Below are positions 5,657 through 6,141 of a stretch of 6,141 nt of DNA, one piece after another (positions within the stretch are counted from its first letter, which is position 1; each line of letters begins with the position of its first letter). Where the stretch lies: IMG/VR virus record IMGVR_UViG_3300020030_000034, positions 1 to 6,141 of that record. The stretch is one strand, 5' to 3'. The translations under genes and the position numbers were made by a program. Below the pieces are notes generated by a model that was given only the letters and a program-made list of their open reading frames with translations, had not been told where the DNA came from and did no database searches. The stretch is from a virus.

Positions 5657-6141
5657 TTAAATGTTTAGTTGAAGTTTATAATGATCTCTCCAAAACTGAA
5701 GAATATCTTGATCTAACCAAGCAGGAGGGTCAAAATCGGGCATCTTCCGAGAGGACGCGGCGAAACGCATTATTTGCTTTTGCTCCCAAGCATATGACGC
5801 TCTACGGGATACGGCGGAATTGAGACCGAACCGTTCAACACACAAAGACACAATACGCTTAACCAGAGAAGACCTGCTAAAATGTGCATAAGCATCAGCA
5901 GCGGCAATCGAGCGCGTAACCTCGTCTTCTGATTTAAGATACCTAAGATAGTATCGAGGAATCGTGTAGTTGTAATTGATACTCTTCTTACAATCAAAAT
6001 AAGACCACGACGAAACGCTAGCAGAAGGGCGAGGCATATAACCAAGAAAATCACCAACGCCAGCAGATACGAATTTTCGCGTATAACGGCGATGTTGGAG
6101 GAGGCAAGATAAAGGTGTAAGGTTTCCATCTACGGTAACAT
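5657..6141 (-). CDS. VP4: Replication initiation protein VP4/Rep, C-terminal part. 5657..6042 is unique sequence; 6043..6141 duplicates codons already counted in 1..99.
   Basis: The 126-aa track ORF (5657..6037) is in frame with the open frame leaving position 1: ...GVGDFLG|YMPRPSASVSS.... Frame check: the top base of each codon is congruent to 1 mod 3 on both sides (685, 6043, 6037). The joined length is 685+386 = 1,071 nt, giving 356 aa plus a stop (TAA at 5657-5659). Confidence 0.88.
   Translation of the reverse strand, partial: VTVDGNLTPLSCLLQHRRYTRKFVSAGVGDFLGYMPRPSASVSSWSYFDCKKSINYNYTIPRYYLRYLKSEDEVTRSIAAADAYAHFSRSSLVKRIVSLCVERFGLNSAVSRRASYAWEQKQIMRFAASSRKMPDFDPPAWLDQDILQFWRDHYKLQLNI
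6043..6141. repeat. Terminal direct repeat, copy 2 (identical to 1..99)
   Basis: Same comparison as for copy 1. The implied unit genome length is 6,042 nt. Confidence 0.95.

Noticed and set aside
5770-6129. 119-aa hydrophobic ORF embedded out of frame in the Rep C-terminal half (ATG at 6127-6129, equivalent to 85-87). It is reminiscent of the overlapping genes K and E of phiX174.
   Set aside because: It is tempting, but spurious ORFs of up to 208 aa occur elsewhere in this window on the antisense strand, so length alone is not evidence. The T-rich strand naturally gives Leu/Ile/Phe/Val-rich alternate frames. It would need conservation of this frame in relatives, or ribosome profiling, to be taken seriously.

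Overview
The window is a complete, circularly closed ssDNA phage genome of the family Microviridae, with a unit length of 6,042 nt. It was linearised inside the replication gene. Bases 1-99 are identical to bases 6043-6141, which is an assembly overlap. All credible genes lie on the minus strand. In transcription order they are: a 66-aa basic ORF (885->685); Rep/VP4 (685->1, continuing 6042->5657 across the junction, 356 aa, absent from the ORF track); major capsid VP1 (5653->3830); a 98-aa acidic ORF that may be a scaffold protein (3818->3522); a 63-aa protein with a predicted lipoprotein signal (3388->3197); pilot/minor capsid VP2 (3195->1822); and two unknown ORFs of 101 and 107 aa (1749->1097). 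The two unknown ORFs are bracketed by a Bacteroidetes-type promoter match (1776-1807) and a stem-loop plus T-tract terminator (1011-1050). One GC-rich non-coding segment (886-1096) carries several stable hairpins, including a compact three-way junction. No start codon has a Shine-Dalgarno sequence, the leaders are AT-rich, and there is a TTTG/TAnnTTTG promoter match. Together with the roughly 6 kb genome size, these point by inference to a Bacteroidetes-infecting, Alpavirinae-like microvirus. I found no tRNA, rRNA, CRISPR array, IS element or integrase. The most interesting items are the small lipoprotein-like gene (no lysis gene is otherwise recognisable), the separately punctuated two-gene accessory cassette, and the structured non-coding region (a candidate ssDNA origin). 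All homology statements rest on motifs read by eye. No database search was possible.
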